A stretch of 64,000 nucleotides of DNA from Octopus sinensis. Its lineage: Eukaryota. A program made the translations under genes and the position numbers. The notes below the pieces were generated by a model. It did not search any database. It saw nothing but the letters and a program-made list of their open reading frames with translations, and was not told the DNA's origin. This document shows, piece by piece, positions 13,786 through 26,025 of this stretch (the stretch's first letter is position 1; each line of letters starts with the position of its first letter). The stretch is from assembly GCF_006345805.1 (NCBI RefSeq), contig NC_043005.1, positions 86,366,001-86,430,000 of the forward strand, written 5' to 3'.

Positions 13786-14046
13786 GTGAGGACGACGACC
13801 TTATTAACCGTCAACCACCGCCTTAGCTGCGTGCGTAACACACGGACGCACACACTCACGGTCGATATCACCGAGATGACGGCATTTCGATCGCACCGGC
13901 AGTCTGAGAGTTCAAATTGCGCCGATATCGAGCTTGATTTAATTCCAACCGGAGTCGATAAAATAAGTACTAGCTGAACATTGAAATCGATGAAACACCC
14001 CCACTGCCGAATAATCGTCATTGAAACACTGCTGTACTTTTATATA

Positions 14047-14645
14047 TACCGGATGCGATGAATAAACTGTCGTCTAAATTACAAAAATGGAAATAGCACT
14101 GACACCTACCTCATTTTAATAGATATATTTACCAAAATTACATGAAAATATCTTGAAATATTAAAGAGTTAATTTATTCAATAAAATCGCCATTGGCTTC
14201 AGCCACGACCCCCAAATGACTTCGGACTTTCCAGCGACTCTTCTGGACGGTCTCCTTGTTTACGTTAGTGAATAATACCATAATCCTTGCCTTCAGTTTA
14301 TCTTTGGTGTTACGAGCAGTATTGTTGGTGTCACGCTCAACTGCGCCCTACACATAATAATCAAGGGGGTTGCAATCTGGGGAGTTAGGTGACCAGATGT
14401 TAGAGGTAATGTGGTCGCGGAAATTGTCGGGCAGTCATACTTGGGTTCTCCTGCTTGTGTCGCATGGTGCAGAATCCTGTTGCCAGGACATAGGGTCTTC
14501 CAGTTGTCATCCACTTGACCGAGGGCAGTACTACTTCTTTCAGGTACTTGATGTAGACATTCCGAGGCCGTGTGGGAAGACGAATGGCGGTATAATGTCG
14601 CCGTAACTAGCTATCACTCTAATAACACCATGATATTGACTGGAT
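14047..14645 (-). mobile_element. maT (DD37D) element, 3' part with terminal repeat
   Basis: Same family as 11109-11925 (WQQDSAP motif, same C-terminus and terminus sequence). Confidence 0.85.
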
Positions 14646-16254
14646 GTTAAAATTTTATACGTGGTAGACAGGGATGCTATGGGCCGATAGTTTTGGGGGG
14701 AAAATTTGGTTTAATTATTCTTCGGGAGTAGCTAAATAATACCTATTGCTAACCAATCGGGTGTTTTCGCAGAATCTCTCACCATTTCATTGAATAAGTA
14801 GACTAACCTTTTGTGTGCACACGGAAGCGATGTGAGCCAGAAATTTGGCACTTTATCATTACCAGGGGATTTCCACTTATGAGATTTCTTGATTGTCATT
14901 CTTAGGTCTGCTATTGTGATGTCTTCCCATGCTTGTTCCGGTAAGTTTTGGTAGGATCCTTGTGTGTGTCTGATCCAGTCCGCATTTTCATTGTAATTCT
15001 GTTTTTCATTACTCCAGATATTTTCCCAGAAGTTTTCAGCTTCTTCCATGGCAGGGCGGGTCTTCAACGGTTATTTTCTCCTTCGCTATTTCTTTGTAGA
15101 ATGCTTTCGCATTGGATGTGAACAGCTTATTTTACCTGTAAAATTTATTTCTCTTCACAAATCTTCGTGTGCTTTGAGATTTTGCTTGGGCATATTGTTG
15201 CAGTGTTTCTGTTGCTGAAAGCAGATCTTCTCTTGGTGAGAATCTATGTTTTTTCTCTATCTTTCTTCCTTTTCTGGTTTTTACATTGTTTCCACAGATT
15301 AGTTCATTTAACATTGATATTTCACCTATCGTTATTTTAATCACGTTTTCAATTTTACTTTTCCAGTTTGGAATTCTTCTCAAGTTTGTATTTCTTTGTT
15401 TTTTCAGTAGCATACAACTGGATTCAATTGCCTTGGCAGCTGCGTAAATAATTTCATTTAATTCAGTGAGATGTGGTTTTAGTTCTTGTATAATTTCCTT
15501 TGTTACATAGTTTCCAATTCTAATTCTTTTCTACTATAGATTGTATTTGAGAGCTTATGAAGTGGTTCACTATCATGCATATTGGTGTGTCTTACAACTG
15601 CAAGCTTCAGGATTTTCTGAATAAATTTTGCTGTGGTTTACAGTTTTTGTAATTGTGCAGTTTGTATATATTGGCAGGGGCTTCCTTATTTTCTTTTTAT
15701 TTCGTATATTTAATTGTGATATTGCAATAAAAGGTGTGTTTATATATTCCGGTAGTCAGGGAGAAAACAAAGGTAAAATTTTCACAAAAAATTGTAGCTA
15801 TTAGAGGTTTTTAATTTTCTAGAGATGATCTTTTGTATGTCCGATCAGAGAAGACTGAAGTGATTTTGCAATTAAAAAGGATGTTTACATTATCGAATAC
15901 TCAGGGAGCAATTGTAGTTATTAATATTTTAAAATTTACTAAAGATGGTGTTTTGTAGTATTCTTAGAAAAAAAAGAATGTTTACATTTTCGAACACGCA
16001 GGTAGAAAAGAAAGCTTAGGTATTCACGAAAGTTGTAGATAATAAAAGTTTTTAAAGCCGAGAGTTTGTATATTAGGAAATATGTAAGTTCCTCATTTTG
16101 AGGAAAATTCAAAGTACAGGAAATTGTAGATATTCCAGTCTTTGAGAGTTATTTTTCAGTTATTCGGCTGGGTTGTATTAGTGTTGCTGTGTTTCCATTG
16201 CTGACTGGTCAGAGCAGTGTGAAGAACACGTCCAGCCGATGTCACGGCTGGCGC

Positions 16255-16257
<3 letters not shown>
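14642..16257 (-). mobile_element. R4/Dong-clade non-LTR retrotransposon, 5' portion (UTR, N-terminus, start of RT), disrupted
   Basis: ORFs 15132-15413 and 14732-15067 (FWENIWS, KSPGNDKVPNFWL, TPDWL), continuing to NYRPIASLSTTYKILTS. The 5' end abuts a (TTA)n run, consistent with the TAA-repeat targeting known for Dong. Confidence 0.8.
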
Positions 16258-16325
<68 letters not shown>

Positions 16326-16793
16326 TATTATTATTAAGTTAATCATTGTGTCAGAAAGCAGCTCATGTCATCAAATTGACAGTGGGGTACAAATATAAGA
16401 AGCTCAATATATGCATCGTGACTACCCATATGATAAGAGTGCACCAGCGACATGCATCACATGTGCGCGACACGGTGACTTTACATCAGGATAAACAGCG
16501 TACGTCCTTGCAGATGGAACCCTATTTGAATTTTCTTCAGGTTGATTAAATCATTCCACTGAAAAGTTCCATGAATACGGTTTGTTTGAGGATGTTGTAC
16601 GAAATACCGATGTTTCAGAGGCCATGAGAGTCAGTACTTGGTATCGCATCAGGGAATTAATCCCCTTCCTCCTCATCATCGTCATCCTCCTACCCCTCCT
16701 CCTCCTCCTTCTCCTCAACATCATCATCATCATCATCATCATCATCACCGTCACCATCACTTTCATCATGTTCATATTATTACTAATATTATT

Positions 16794-17000
16794 AAGGCGG
16801 TGAGATAGCAAACCGTTGGCAGTCCGGGCAAAATGCTTAGCAGCATTTCCTGCCTTTGCGTTCCGATTTCATATCCCATCGAGGTCGATTTTGCCCTTCA
16901 TCACTTTCTTGGTCGTTAAATTAAAATCAAAAGGGCAGGAGTCAATGTAATGGACGTACTCGGTCGTACGGAATTGTTGGCATTGTGCCAACATTTGAAA
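16794..17000 (+). mobile_element. SINE family A, diverged
   Basis: AAGGCGGTGAG head and GAGGTCGATTTTGCCCTTCATC domain. Confidence 0.75.
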
Positions 17001-17549
17001 CCAGTATGTGGATGTCAATACTCCGTATTGAATTTATAGCTTAATGGCATAAGGCATTTTGTTTTTCACGTTTATCTACCTGTTCTGTAATAAATCAAAT
17101 TCTACGAATTATTTTTCTTTTCAGCGAGTTGAATATCCCTTAAATCTACACCGAACGGAAATAAGAAAAGCTTCTTTTTAAAATGTATCACCATGAGACA
17201 CGCAACAGTAGAGAGTGTCATGTTTGGAATAGTTTCGACAGCTGTAGGTAGAAGCAAATAAGTTTAGAAGTTACATTAGGGTCAAGTTACAACCTCAAGT
17301 ACATCAATAACATTGGCAATAAGAGTGACAGAAGAGACAATTAATTACGCAGTCCTAATTAGTCTTGTCATCAGACATATTTAGAATGAGCGAATGATAA
17401 AAAATACCATGTGTTCGCTTGTTACCCAGCTAGATATAGCAGCTAAATGTCTCTATGGTCATACTCTACTGACTTAGAAATAGCATGTTTAAAGTGCATA
17501 ACGTAGTGCATGCCACGGAAACATGCCAGGCCTAATGCGTGACATGTAA

Positions 17550-17690
17550 AAGCGCATGGCCTTGTGGGTAGAGTGTTGCACTCAGGCTGGATCAGGGTTT
17601 CAATCCCTGGAACTGGTAGTGTGTTGTGATCTTGAGCAAACACTTTATTTCCTGTTGCTTCACTCCACTCAGGTGTAAATCAATAAGACC
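17550..17690 (+). mobile_element. SINE family E (tRNA-like head)
   Basis: Head with A/B-box-like motifs, then CTTGAGCAAACACTTTATTTCCTGTTGCT; related to 21563 and 41485. Confidence 0.6.
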
Positions 17691-18041
17691 CCAGATGGTG
17701 AAGGTCTGATGTCTCGTTTAGGAAGAATGACTTGATTTTGGTCACTTATAATTCATGGAAACCTGGTAAATGGTTCTACGATTCCTAAAATTCAAGACAC
17801 AGAATGTTCTTTACAGCAAAACAATCATGCAATACCTCTTCGTTCAACTTAATCTGCTGCCAAACAGTATTAACCAGAAACACAGCACCACAATATACCC
17901 GGTAAGGAACCCCTAAGCTCTTATTTGTCTTCTCAAGAGATAGCAGAATAATTTCAATTTACGTAGCATAACCGTCGGGATATAACAATGATGCCATTAG
18001 ACAATGTCTTCTTGATATCAAATGAAGACTGGATAGTAAAT

Positions 18042-18121
18042 TTGAACTCAGAACGTAGCGGCAGACGAAATACCGCTGAGCATTTTGCCCGTCGTGCTAA
18101 CGTTTCTGCCAGCTCGCCGCT
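18042..18121 (-). mobile_element. SINE family A head fragment
   Basis: Near-exact reverse complement of the family A 5' region. Confidence 0.8.
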
Positions 18122-19119
18122 TTGTTTCATGTATCATTATTACCAAAGCGCAAGGATAATCTTATTATTTTTACGAAATTCTCGTATAGAAGATGATGTT
18201 GAAGTGTCCTTTTGGGAAAGCTTACGATCGCTGTTTTCCAAGAGATCGTTTTACTAAGAACATCTTAGAGTAATATATGTGTTAGTTATTAGTTTCATTC
18301 TCTTTGAATGCCGTATTACATCTGGATTATAAGCTCCGGCAATAGGACAAATATGAGAAACGAAAAAAAGTATATTATTCAATATTTTTTTTAATGTTTT
18401 AAATTATAGAGCAAGGACAAAGGCATAATCAATGGCTTCGTCTCTATCCCCAAATAAATTATTATGCATCCGTAGCAGTGTTAGTATAATCTTCTTCAGA
18501 AATTCTTATTAAGCTGAGTCGGAAATCGAATTCGCTCTGCGTTTATAATAACCTACATACAATTTCAAAAGGAGGCCAACGTGTGGCACTGGTAAGCTCA
18601 GAGCGAAATACGTTTATTTGAAACACACTCCTCAAAAAGGAGTTAGAGATTGCTGAGAGAGGTAGAAATAGAGAAGGCCATAGTGTGTGTAGATTATGAA
18701 GATTTGTCTTGAATGATTTAAAGGGATTTTAAAGAAGATTAAATAAAATGAGAATCATTAGAAAAGAAAATGTTATAAAAGACAAGTTAAAAAAGAAAAC
18801 TGTTATAAGTACGGATGCTGCATGAAATATTTAATCATACGATAGAAATTACATTAGATTTTTGTTGTTAAGCTTACATGACTATAATCAATATAGTACG
18901 ATGTCATTGATCTTATTAATATAGATTTCATTCCAGGTGTGGGAGTAACTTCCCTCCTATTCTTATATCTTCCACTGGAAACTGGTTCATTTCAAAATAC
19001 ATTTCTATCGATCCTTCTCTCAATAAATGCAGTCTTCTGTTATAAATGTTAGTTTCTCCACTTCTCTTAAAAGACTAGGTAATCGAGTATATCCAGCTAG
19101 CTTGTACAACGAAAGCCTT

Positions 19120-19509
19120 TCTAATATAGGCCTGAAATTTTGTGGGAGTGGGTTAGTCGATTACAGTGACCTCAGTACGCAACTGGGACTTATTTCTATC
19201 GAGACTGAAAGGATGGAAAGCAAATTCGCCTTCGGTGGCATTAGATCTGAGAACGTAAAAACAGACGAAATACCTATTTCTTTACTACCCACAAGGGGCT
19301 AAACACAGAGAGGACAAACAAGGACAGACAAACGGATTAAATCGATTATACCGACCACAATGCGTAACTGGTACTTATTTTCAATCGACCCTGAAAGGTT
19401 GAAAGGCAAAGTCGACCTCGGCGGAATTTGAATTCAGAACGCAACTGCAGACGAAATACCGCTAAGCATTTCGCCCGACGTGCTAACGTTTCTGCCAGCT
19501 CGCCGCCTT
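19120..19509 (-). mobile_element. SINE family A, tandem dimer
   Basis: Two central domains in tandem, same organisation as 27080-27470. Confidence 0.85.
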
Positions 19510-21673
19510 GCTTATACCACGAGGCGGCCGATTGATTTAGGTAAATATGTACTCGCGAGCAGATATATTCACACTTTCGGCTCTCTAAATTTTGATCCAG
19601 GGGAAAATCGATGATGCGACAGCTGGTAGGTGAGAGAGAAAGTTGTACCAGCAGTTGGTTACTACTAATTTTCTGGTAAGTAAACCGGAGACACATTTAA
19701 CTAATAAACCTTGCCTAATGATCCTGCGCCGCCCAATCGAACTCCTGATCTAATAATCAATCATAACTAACAGGCTACGCCACGCGTGTGAACATATACT
19801 TGATACAGAGTAATTATATGATAAAACTAGTTGCAAACATTTCTGGTCCTGTACAACATCAAAAGCATTGGTCAATGTTTACATAGTTATGGCTCGTTCT
19901 TCTGTCATGGCCATTAGATATTTTCGCACAAAATTTGGTTCACAAAATGCAAGCTTACGTTTTCGAATTACTTGCTTCCTTGTCTTAATTTGCTTTCAGT
20001 CTTGACCTATCTGATAAGATCTAATCATAACTTTCGCCTCACTGCGGTGTATGAAATGTGTTATTGCTCATTCAACGATGTAGACGAAACTTACCATACT
20101 CTCACCCAAAATATATAATATATCACGTTTATATATGACACTACTATTTGGTGAGACACAACGAATATTTTATAAATCAGATATATCAAATTAGAGATTA
20201 TATATGTGTGTGTATATATATACATACATACACATATACATACATATTTATATATATTCCAATTAAATATTTGTTCGTAGTTAATAGGTTGATATCGCAA
20301 CAAACTCAACAAAAGCATTTTCCTATTTTAACTCACGACAAATGTCTTGTGTTAATTCATAGAAAACTCCAGTTAGTTTCTTTATTTCTTTACTTCTCTG
20401 GAACGTTAATATATGGAATAACAAAATATACTTACAGGAATGAATGAATGAATAAATAAATAAATAAATAAATAAATAAAGATATAAATAAATATATAAA
20501 TATATAAAACCTGGGAAAATAAACATGAAGTTAGAAATATCGGAAATGAAAACAAGACTTTTCCATTATCGTTAAATTCGTAAAGAATTCTAAGAAATAT
20601 AGAATCTCTTATCAAATTTAAATATAAATTAATCTTCTTGCAGTGCAGCACTATTATTCTTCGGTTCAAGAATGTTTCCTTCATGTCTGAATATTCCGTA
20701 TTTCCTTAGATATCCATTCCAAACAGAACCACTTGTTATCTATGCGCTTTCCTTCACTTCTAACAATATCTGATCTTGTTTTATTTTTTGTCTATTTAAC
20801 TTCCAAATCTGCCCGATGGTTTTATGTGAATTGTCTTGCTTGAGGAATTTTACGAGATTTCTTCTTTCTTTTGGGTTAGTGTCTTGCAGGCTATATATGT
20901 ATTTATTTCTTTTTCTAATGCCACCAGACTCGGTAGTGTTCTGCATTGATAACCTTTTGTTCGTCTATGTATTTTTTCTATCTTCAGTTCGAACACCGTA
21001 AATGACTTTTGATGTCGATCCTTCTAAGGTCGATCAAAGAATATTAGAAATGAAATGGAGTAGATTCGATCATCTGGAAAGAAACTTTAACCTATAAATT
21101 TGCTGTATTGGGAATCGATTACAAAATACGAAAGAAAGGTGTTCCTTTACATTCGTGTGCAAATCCTGCCGGAGTCATATTCGCCATCTATCATTTCAGC
21201 ATTGATAAATAAGAATCACATCTTTTGATCATGTCATCATATATACGTTTACTCTTATTAAAAGACACTCATGGCTATCACACCATCAATCATAGGTGAT
21301 GTTCATTAGATCATACTTTCTACTGACAGGCCGGATAAGGATTTTCGTAAGTTTTCTTGTATGATCGGTCATTACTCGGCCGTTGAATATTCTTCTTAAG
21401 ACGAATTTCTGGTGTAACAATTGAATAGATGTAATGTTACAGGAAAGATGGAAAGACAATCGGATAAAGACGGCTAGAATTTAAACTGGGGGGAGATGGT
21501 GAATATGGCGGCTTGTTTGAGCGTGTATTTGTAATAATTGTTGCATTATTTACATTGACCCGTGAAGGCGTGTTGCCTAGTGGCTAGATTGTTGCACTCA
21601 AGATCGCTACATCATGGGTTCGATTCCCGAACGATCAGCGCCTTGTGTTCCTGAATAAAACATTTCATTTCAT

Positions 21674-21861
21674 ACATTATTTACATTTGATGGATATTTG
21701 TCCCCATCTTTTTTGTTGTTAATACAACGTTTCGGCTGATATACCCTCCAGCCTTCATCAAGTGTCTTAGGGACATTTCGAACCTAGGTTCTCTTCTTAT
21801 ATATAGTATATATACATATATTATAATGTTATAACAACAACGACAACAGCAACAACAACAA

Positions 21862-21898
<37 letters not shown>

Positions 21899-22106
21899 AA
21901 TAATAATAATAATGATAATAATAATAATAATAATAATAATAACATCGAAAAATACCTTAGGAATAAGAACCCAGGTTCGAAATTTCCCCAAGACACCTGT
22001 TGAAGGCGAAACGTGTTGACAAAAAACAAGATGAGGACAAATATCCGTCAAATATAAATAATGTAAATAATGTACATAATATTTCATCTCTTAAACATGG
22101 AACTGT
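21674..22106. mobile_element. Cassette A: two outward-facing copies of hammerhead-bearing repeat family 1 around a microsatellite, 12-bp TSD
   Basis: Minus copy about 21674-21795, (AAC)n(AAT)n spacer, plus copy about 21945-22106, direct repeat ATTTCATTTCAT at both edges. Confidence 0.8.
21721..21766 (-). ncRNA. Type-I hammerhead, C3U variant
   Basis: GACAC-UUGAUGA-A-GGCUG-GAGGGUAUAU-CAGCC-GAAAC-GUU-GUAUU. Confidence 0.65.
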
Positions 22107-22312
22107 ATTTCATTTCATGTTGCTCCAGTCCATCCAGCTGTAAAAGGGACACCCTGTGATGGAACATCTTCCCAATCAGAGAGGTAGCATCAGTCAAAAG
22201 CCAATGGAGCAGCATTATTCAAATGCTAAAAAGAACGCGGGGCGCATTGTGACCAGCGATGTATAATAGCATCCGTTAGTTTAGTTGATACCGTGATACC
22301 ATCTTATTTATC

Positions 22313-22520
22313 CTTACGCGGCGAGCTGGCAGGACCGCGAGTGCGTCGAACAAAATACATAACGGCATTTCACCCGGCTTTCTATCTTCTGAGTTAAAAT
22401 CCCATCAAGATTAACTTTACCTTTCATCCTTTCGGGGTCAATACCATTTAAGTAGAGGTGTTGGTATAATCGACTTGTTCCCTTCCCCCTTCAATCACTG
22501 GCCCTGTGCCAAAGTAAGAA
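22313..22520 (+). mobile_element. SINE family A, diverged
   Basis: GCGGCGAGCTGGCAG head and CTTTCATCCTTTCGGGGTC domain. Confidence 0.75.
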
Positions 22521-23854
22521 GTCTGTTATATATTCACCTTCCCTTTCAGAATTGGTAGTCATATACCTACATCAGAAACATTTAACATGTAGCACCAGTT
22601 CATGAGGCAACAAGACCTGCAGGAAACAATTATTAAATCACTCAAAAAAGAAAATCACTTCCTTCTTAATAAAATGTAGTGCGGATTATGTAGATTGTAG
22701 TTTTGTTTACTTGTGCCTGAATAAATAAAAAGTAATCGTGAGGACCATAATTAAATGCACTTGGTAATGTGTATGGTGGCCTAAGACTGGGTTTTGTTAA
22801 ATATTTCCATGTAATCTCTCTATATATATAAACGGCAAAATGTCTGTCTGTCTGTGTGTGCGTGCGTGTCCTTTATACAAATCCACAATTTTTCTGTTAG
22901 AGGGCTCGCACTTTCGATGGTCATTCAAAACCATCCAACGGGGGTCGTGTACATCTTTATATTTCCCCAGTCACCCCGCAAAGCCATTAAAAAATCAAAA
23001 GAAGTGATTTTTGGCGAATTTTCTATCCCAAACCCAATCAAAATGCCCGAAACTTGATACACCAATTGAATGCCAGCTAGCTGTATATGATTGGTCGGAG
23101 ATTTGGACAGTACTCGCGTGTATGTGCGCACGCACGCAGCTATATATGCATGCACTAGCACTATGACCCGGCGTTATAGAGCTAGTAACTAGAAATAATA
23201 GAGTAAATCTAAAATATATAAATAAATGGTTTGATTTAAGCTCCTGGAAAGACCTAGTTTAATTATATTAATTCTGATATTGGCTACTCGGGGAATGGAG
23301 GCTAAACCCAATTCAAGAGAATTCCAAATAAGAAATTAAAAAGGTGAATTATTTTCTATACATGTCAATGTAACTCCAAAAGGTTCTCTCACTCAATTCT
23401 ATGTTCCATTGCTTGCCTAGAGCAAAAATGGCCGATTCCTCAAGCATCAAAAATCCCCTGCCAATTTTTGAAACGTTTGTAGTTATTCACTTTGAATCTA
23501 CTAATTAAATACTCGAATGAACCCTGGAGGATAGAAAGTAAGACGAGACCGGGCAATATTAGAAAGCCATGAACGAAAGTGCAGCAGATCTTTAAATGCA
23601 GATCTTAATTTGTTCCACGTCCGCAAGCCTTTAGGCCATCAGAATTGCAAAGAGATGCAATTGAATTCTTGAGATTAATGTTCAATGTTGCTATTGGTAA
23701 CATTCCACGTTTGACTGAAGTATTATCGCCCATTGATGGAATGAAGTTCTCCTTGCATCTACGGAAGAAAAAAATGCAACTAACAGCTTATACTCTTTAC
23801 ACTATTTACATTATTTACATTTGACGGATATTTGTCCACATCTTGTTTGTTGTT

Positions 23855-23900
23855 AACACAACGTTTCGGCTGATATAGCCTCCAGCCTTCATCAGGTGTC
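23855..23900 (-). ncRNA. Intact minimal type-I hammerhead ribozyme (PLE/retrozyme type)
   Basis: GACAC-CUGAUGA-A-GGCUG-GAGGCUAUAU-CAGCC-GAAAC-GUU-GUGUU. Stem I 5 bp, stem II 5 bp, complete core, palindromic AACGUU stem III, GUU cleavage triplet. Confidence 0.8.
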
Positions 23901-24064
23901 TTGGGGAAATTTCGAACCTTGGTTCTCATTCCTAACGTATTTTAAATTGTTGTTGTTATCATCCTCCTCCTCCTCCTGCTCCTCCTACTCCTCCTCCTTA
24001 TCATCATCATCATCATCATTATTATTATTATTATTATTATCATTATTATTATTATTATTATTAT

Positions 24065-24154
<90 letters not shown>

Positions 24155-24193
24155 AACTACTACCACCACTTCTACTACTATCATTATTATTAT

Positions 24194-24464
24194 TCAGATC
24201 ATAGCCGGTAATCGAACTCGCGATGAAAACATAGCAATAGTACCAATAATTGTCGGAGATCTGGGAACAATGAGCAAAAATCTTGAGAAGTATATGGAAC
24301 AAATAGGGGCTGCGATAAGGGTGGAGCACTTGCAGAAAACAGCACTGATTGGAGCCGCTCCAATACTCCGGAAGGTGCTCAAAAAATGTGAAGTTACCTT
24401 AGTTCACTAGTAGTGAACAGCTAACATTGTAGTACATCTCCAACTTTAGAAGCTGTGCAACGGC
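24194..24464 (+). mobile_element. R4/Dong LINE 3' end fragment
   Basis: Translates IVPIIVGDLGTMSKNLEKYMEQIGAAIRVEHLQKTALIGAAPILRKVL, typical of the C-terminus after the restriction-like endonuclease. Followed directly by (AAT)n. Confidence 0.8.
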
Positions 24465-24486
24465 AATAATAATAATAATAATAAAA

Positions 24487-24522
<36 letters not shown>

Positions 24523-24568
24523 TAATAATAATAATGATGATAATAATAATAATAATAATAAAATAATG

Positions 24569-24608
<40 letters not shown>

Positions 24609-24678
24609 CAACAACAAAACAACAACAACAACGAAAAATACCTTAGGAATGAGAACCCACGTTTGAAAGTTCCCCCAA

Positions 24679-24723
24679 GACACTTGATGAAAGCTCGAGG
24701 GTATATCAGCGAAACGTTGGGCT
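24679..24723 (+). ncRNA. Degenerate type-I hammerhead (C3U, eroded stems)
   Basis: GACAC-UUGAUGA-AAGCU..AGC-GAAAC-GUU-GGGCU. Confidence 0.55.
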
Positions 24724-25532
24724 AACAACAATCAAGATGAGGACAAATGTCTGTCAAATGTAAATAATGTAAATAATATAAATAATGTACATAATTCTCC
24801 GTCTTTTAAATACAGAACTGTATTAATAGCTTACAGTCAACCTTTTCACAAAACATATTAGTTGTTTTGGTGAGACACGTTGTGTGATGATGAATTATAA
24901 TGCAGGAGCATTAATTAGACTTGAAGCTCAAAAATACTAGCATGGTACAATATGTTTATAAGTGGTCCTAATACCATAAAACGTGATTCTTAAGTATGCT
25001 TAGGTATGGATTAATTAATTATGAGATAATCAACTTGCGTAAATGATTAATTTAATTAGACTTTAAGCGCCACTAATGAATATTACTCCTTAGACACAAG
25101 TGATATTTAAATGAAAACTTAAGAAAAAAGAACGGGTATGGAAAGACAAATTAAGAAATTTTAATTACACACGTAGTTAAGAATTAATTAGACTTTCTGC
25201 TCCAGCGTCAATTCCTTCGCAGAATTGTTCACTAAACCCAACTGAATCTATTCATATCACATAAGAACCATTTTAGGTATGGATTTCTAATTTATGAAGC
25301 ATTTTCTACTAATCACTATACACTATGAATGAAAATGCAAAGTAGACCTCATTGAGATTTGAAATCGGAGCGTAAAGAACCGGAAGAGTAGAAAAGAATA
25401 TTGAGTCACTTTTTTAAGTACATTCTAGTGTCTCGTTATTTTCTCAGCGACCCCTCACTTTCAATCGCCAATTTAAAAAATGATTTTCTTAAGTAAATCT
25501 TATAAATATTGTCCTAATTTATTTGTTGATTG

Positions 25533-26025
25533 TGGAGGCGCAATGACCCAGTGGTTAGAGCAGCGGATTTGCGGTCGTAGGATTGCGGTTTCAATACCCA
25601 GACCGGGCATTGTGAGTGTTTATTGAGCGAAAACACATAAAGCTCCAAGAGGCTCCGGCAGGGGGTGGTGGTGAACCCTGCTGCACTCTTTCGCCACAAC
25701 TTTCTCTCACTCTTTTTTCCTGCTTCTGTTGTACCTGTATTTCGAAGGGCCAGCCTTGTCACGTTCAATCTCCCCGAGAACTATGTTAAAGGTACGTGCC
25801 TGTGGAGTACTCAGCCACTTGAACGTTAATAGATGTGCTGCGTCATCACTGGTGCCAAGCTATATCGGCCTTTGCCTTTCCCGGAATAACATCGGTCGCG
25901 TGGGGAGGGGAGTCTGGTATGCGTGGGCGACTGCTTGTCTTCCATAAACAACCTTGCCAGACTTGTGCCTCGGAGTGTAACTTTCTAGGTGCAATGCCAT
26001 GATGACTCATGACTGAAGCGGGTCA
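25533..26025 (+). mobile_element. SINE family C (long form)
   Basis: tRNA-like head. The body is shared with 3937-4185 and the tail with about 41620-41780. Confidence 0.75.

Larger units (their letters stand above)
21563..22260 (+). mobile_element. SINE family E interrupted by inverted hammerhead cassette A
   Basis: The SINE runs to ATTTCATTTCAT (21662-21673) and resumes ATTTCATTTCAT-GTTGCTCCAGTC (22107 onward). Confidence 0.7.
23801..24822. mobile_element. Cassette B: outward-facing family 1 copies around mixed trinucleotide repeats and a Dong 3' fragment
   Basis: Minus copy about 23801-23940 and plus copy about 24633-24822, same family as cassette A. Confidence 0.75.

Noticed and set aside
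17123-17179. Strong acceptor followed by RVEYPLNLHRTEIRKASF*
   Set aside because: It is too short and unsupported; such acceptors arise by chance in T-rich DNA.
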